This document shows, piece by piece, positions 62,389-64,000 of a DNA stretch of 64,000 nucleotides; within the stretch, counting starts at the first letter, position 1; the number at the start of each line of letters is the position of its first letter. The position numbers and the translations under genes were made by a program. Source of the stretch: Eledone cirrhosa (lineage: Eukaryota); the NCBI GenBank assembly GCA_964016885.1, contig OZ024744.1, positions 54,870,001 to 54,934,000 on the forward strand, read 5' to 3'. The notes under the pieces are model-generated. The model saw nothing but the letters and a program-made list of their open reading frames with translations. It had not been told where the DNA came from and made no database searches.

Positions 62389-64000
62389 TTACCTCTCTGC
62401 GTCCCGGGTATCGGGCTGCACAATTTCCATTAGGGTGGGGGATGGGTTGTTGGGTGGGGTGGTGGTTTGTGGAAGTGTGGGGGCATCAGTGTGATGTGTG
62501 GTTGGGGAGCTTGGAGTTGTGTGGGTGTTTGGGGAGGGGGTGGGATAGTTTTTTAGGAGGACGCGGTTAATGGGCCCGACGCAGGGGGGACCCACGTCCT
62601 CTTTAAAATTGTTTTTTAAAGTTTTATAGGTGCCCTGTGCCTTAATCATTTTGAGGTGGGGGAAATCCCCTGCCTGGGTGAAGTTAGGCCCTTGTGTTTT
62701 TATTAGATTGTTGTTGTACACAATGTTTAACAGTTTTTTGTTTCTTGTATTTATGTATGTGTATGCATGTTTTTGTTTTTGTGTGGTGTTTTTTGTTTGC
62801 TGTTGTTGTGAGCTCTTTTGTGTTGGTGTCAGTGTTATGTTTTGGGGAGGGGTTTTTTTCATTTGTGTGTCTGAGGTGTGTTTTCTTTTTTTTCTTTTGA
62901 TTGTGTGGAAGTGCTCCTCCTCGTCTGACGACGAACTAGGGTCATCTTCCGCGTTGGAGGGGAGGGGTATATTTTCGGGTTGTGTTTGCGGTACGGGTGT
63001 TTTGGAAATTGTTTTTGTTTTTTGAGTGGAGGGGATGGGTTGGACATTGTTTTGTTTTGGTTTGAGCTGTGGTGGTTGTTTTTGTAGTGGTAGTTGTGGT
63101 GATTGTGTTGGTTGTGCAGTTGTTGGTGGTGTAGGCAGGATTGGGGTTTTCTTATTAAGTTGGGGACAGACAGCCCTCAGGTGACCTCTGGTTCCGCAGA
63201 GGTAACACGAGGGCCGTCTACCCTCAACGGTAATGTTGATGAAGGTTAGATCATCCAGTATGACGCGTTCAGGGATCTGGGCGATCCTTTCGGGCCTCAT
63301 TTGAACTACAAGTTCGAGGCTCGTTCCACTGAACGCGTCACCCGATGCCTTTCCCATGGACACCAGCATGTCATCCTCCAGGTCCAGAAAACCTGTCAAA
63401 ACCCACCATATGTCCATAATCGGCAGGATGGTGTGGATTTTTATTTTTTGTGTTCTTCTACCCATGTACGTAGGGTAGAAGGTGTATGCGGTGGATGTGA
63501 TTGGTTTGATGGACAGTTTCACTGCTGTGTCCCTGTCCTTCATGAGAATGGATAGACTCCCGTAGAGTCTATCCTTCTGAATGAAGGTGATGTCCTTCAT
63601 GACGTCTTTTAAAACCAGCTCTATCTCGCTCTGTGATGGTTGAGCTGGTTTTTTACTTTTGTTCGAGATTGTCCTAAACATGACCGTGTTTAGGAGTCTC
63701 TGGCTTTTTAGTTCCGGGGGGGAATGGATTGTGAATGAACCATTTTCCCCGTACACTATATATTTTTTCGCATCCGCCAGTAGCTCCTTCGCTTTTGTTA
63801 TATCTACTGGCAGATAGTCGAGGGTTTTCCTTGTCGTCTCGGCGAAGGAGAAATTTTGTTTGTTTGTGTTGTTGTTGTCGTTGGTGGTGTTGTTGTTATC
63901 ATTGTTGTTGTTGTCACCGTTATTGGTCTTGTTGTTGTTATTGTTATTGGTGTTGTTTTCGTCCGTCGCATTGTTGTTGTTGTTGCTGTTGCTGCTGGTT
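62389..64000 (-). CDS. Tx1 ORF1 nucleic-acid-binding protein (partial; frame stays open to the window end)
   Basis: Zinc knuckle CYLCGTRGHLRAVC, Pro/Gln/Thr-rich linker, KRKKRK, Asn-rich N-terminal region. Confidence 0.85.
   Translation of the reverse strand, partial: TSSNSNNNNNATDENNTNNNNNNKTNNGDNNNNDNNNTTNDNNNTNKQNFSFAETTRKTLDYLPVDITKAKELLADAKKYIVYGENGSFTIHSPPELKSQRLLNTVMFRTISNKSKKPAQPSQSEIELVLKDVMKDITFIQKDRLYGSLSILMKDRDTAVKLSIKPITSTAYTFYPTYMGRRTQKIKIHTILPIMDIWWVLTGFLDLEDDMLVSMGKASGDAFSGTSLELVVQMRPERIAQIPERVILDDLTFINITVEGRRPSCYLCGTRGHLRAVCPQLNKKTPILPTPPTTAQPTQSPQLPLQKQPPQLKPKQNNVQPIPSTQKTKTISKTPVPQTQPENIPLPSNAEDDPSSSSDEEEHFHTIKRKKRKHTSDTQMKKTPPQNITLTPTQKSSQQQQTKNTTQKQKHAYTYINTRNKKLLNIVYNNNLIKTQGPNFTQAGDFPHLKMIKAQGTYKTLKNNFKEDVGPPCVGPINRVLLKNYPTPSPNTHTTPSSPTTHHTDAPTLPQTTTPPNNPSPTLMEIVQPDTRDAER

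Larger units (their letters stand above)
58663..64000 (-). mobile_element. Tx1/L1-clade LINE with intact ORF1 and ORF2 (5' end beyond the window)
   Basis: Two uninterrupted ORFs; 3' UTR ending ggcaaataaaagaaac next to (TATC)n. Confidence 0.95.

Overview
This is eukaryotic (animal) intergenic or intronic DNA, almost entirely transposons and simple repeats; no host gene exon could be supported. The SINE type, microsatellite load and LINE set suggest an octopus or other coleoid cephalopod (inference only). LINE content: one intact RTE-group LINE (APE+RT, 14096-17230), a disrupted BovB-like RTE, one apparently intact and several decayed Tx1/L1 LINEs, and three R4/Dong-like LINEs with a restriction-like endonuclease. 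Other repeats: a 5'-truncated Penelope-like element (RT thumb + GIY-YIG), about 10 tRNA-derived SINEs, RTE-derived non-autonomous elements, hAT and Tc2/pogo MITEs, and three tandem arrays (44+9n bp, 15 bp, 11 bp). The main unannotated signal lies at 11-29 kb: 13 type I hammerhead ribozyme motifs from 8 dissimilar sequence families, read by eye. Most sit as divergent pairs in the arms of non-coding, partly nested fold-back elements in (TA)n, with one-sided tails like Penelope pseudo-LTRs. Three families share an unusual U-U apposition at the base of stem II. A second signal is a perfect AG/GTAAGT splice-donor motif at the ORF1 stop of all three Tx1 elements. Most long ORFs in the track are microsatellite artefacts.
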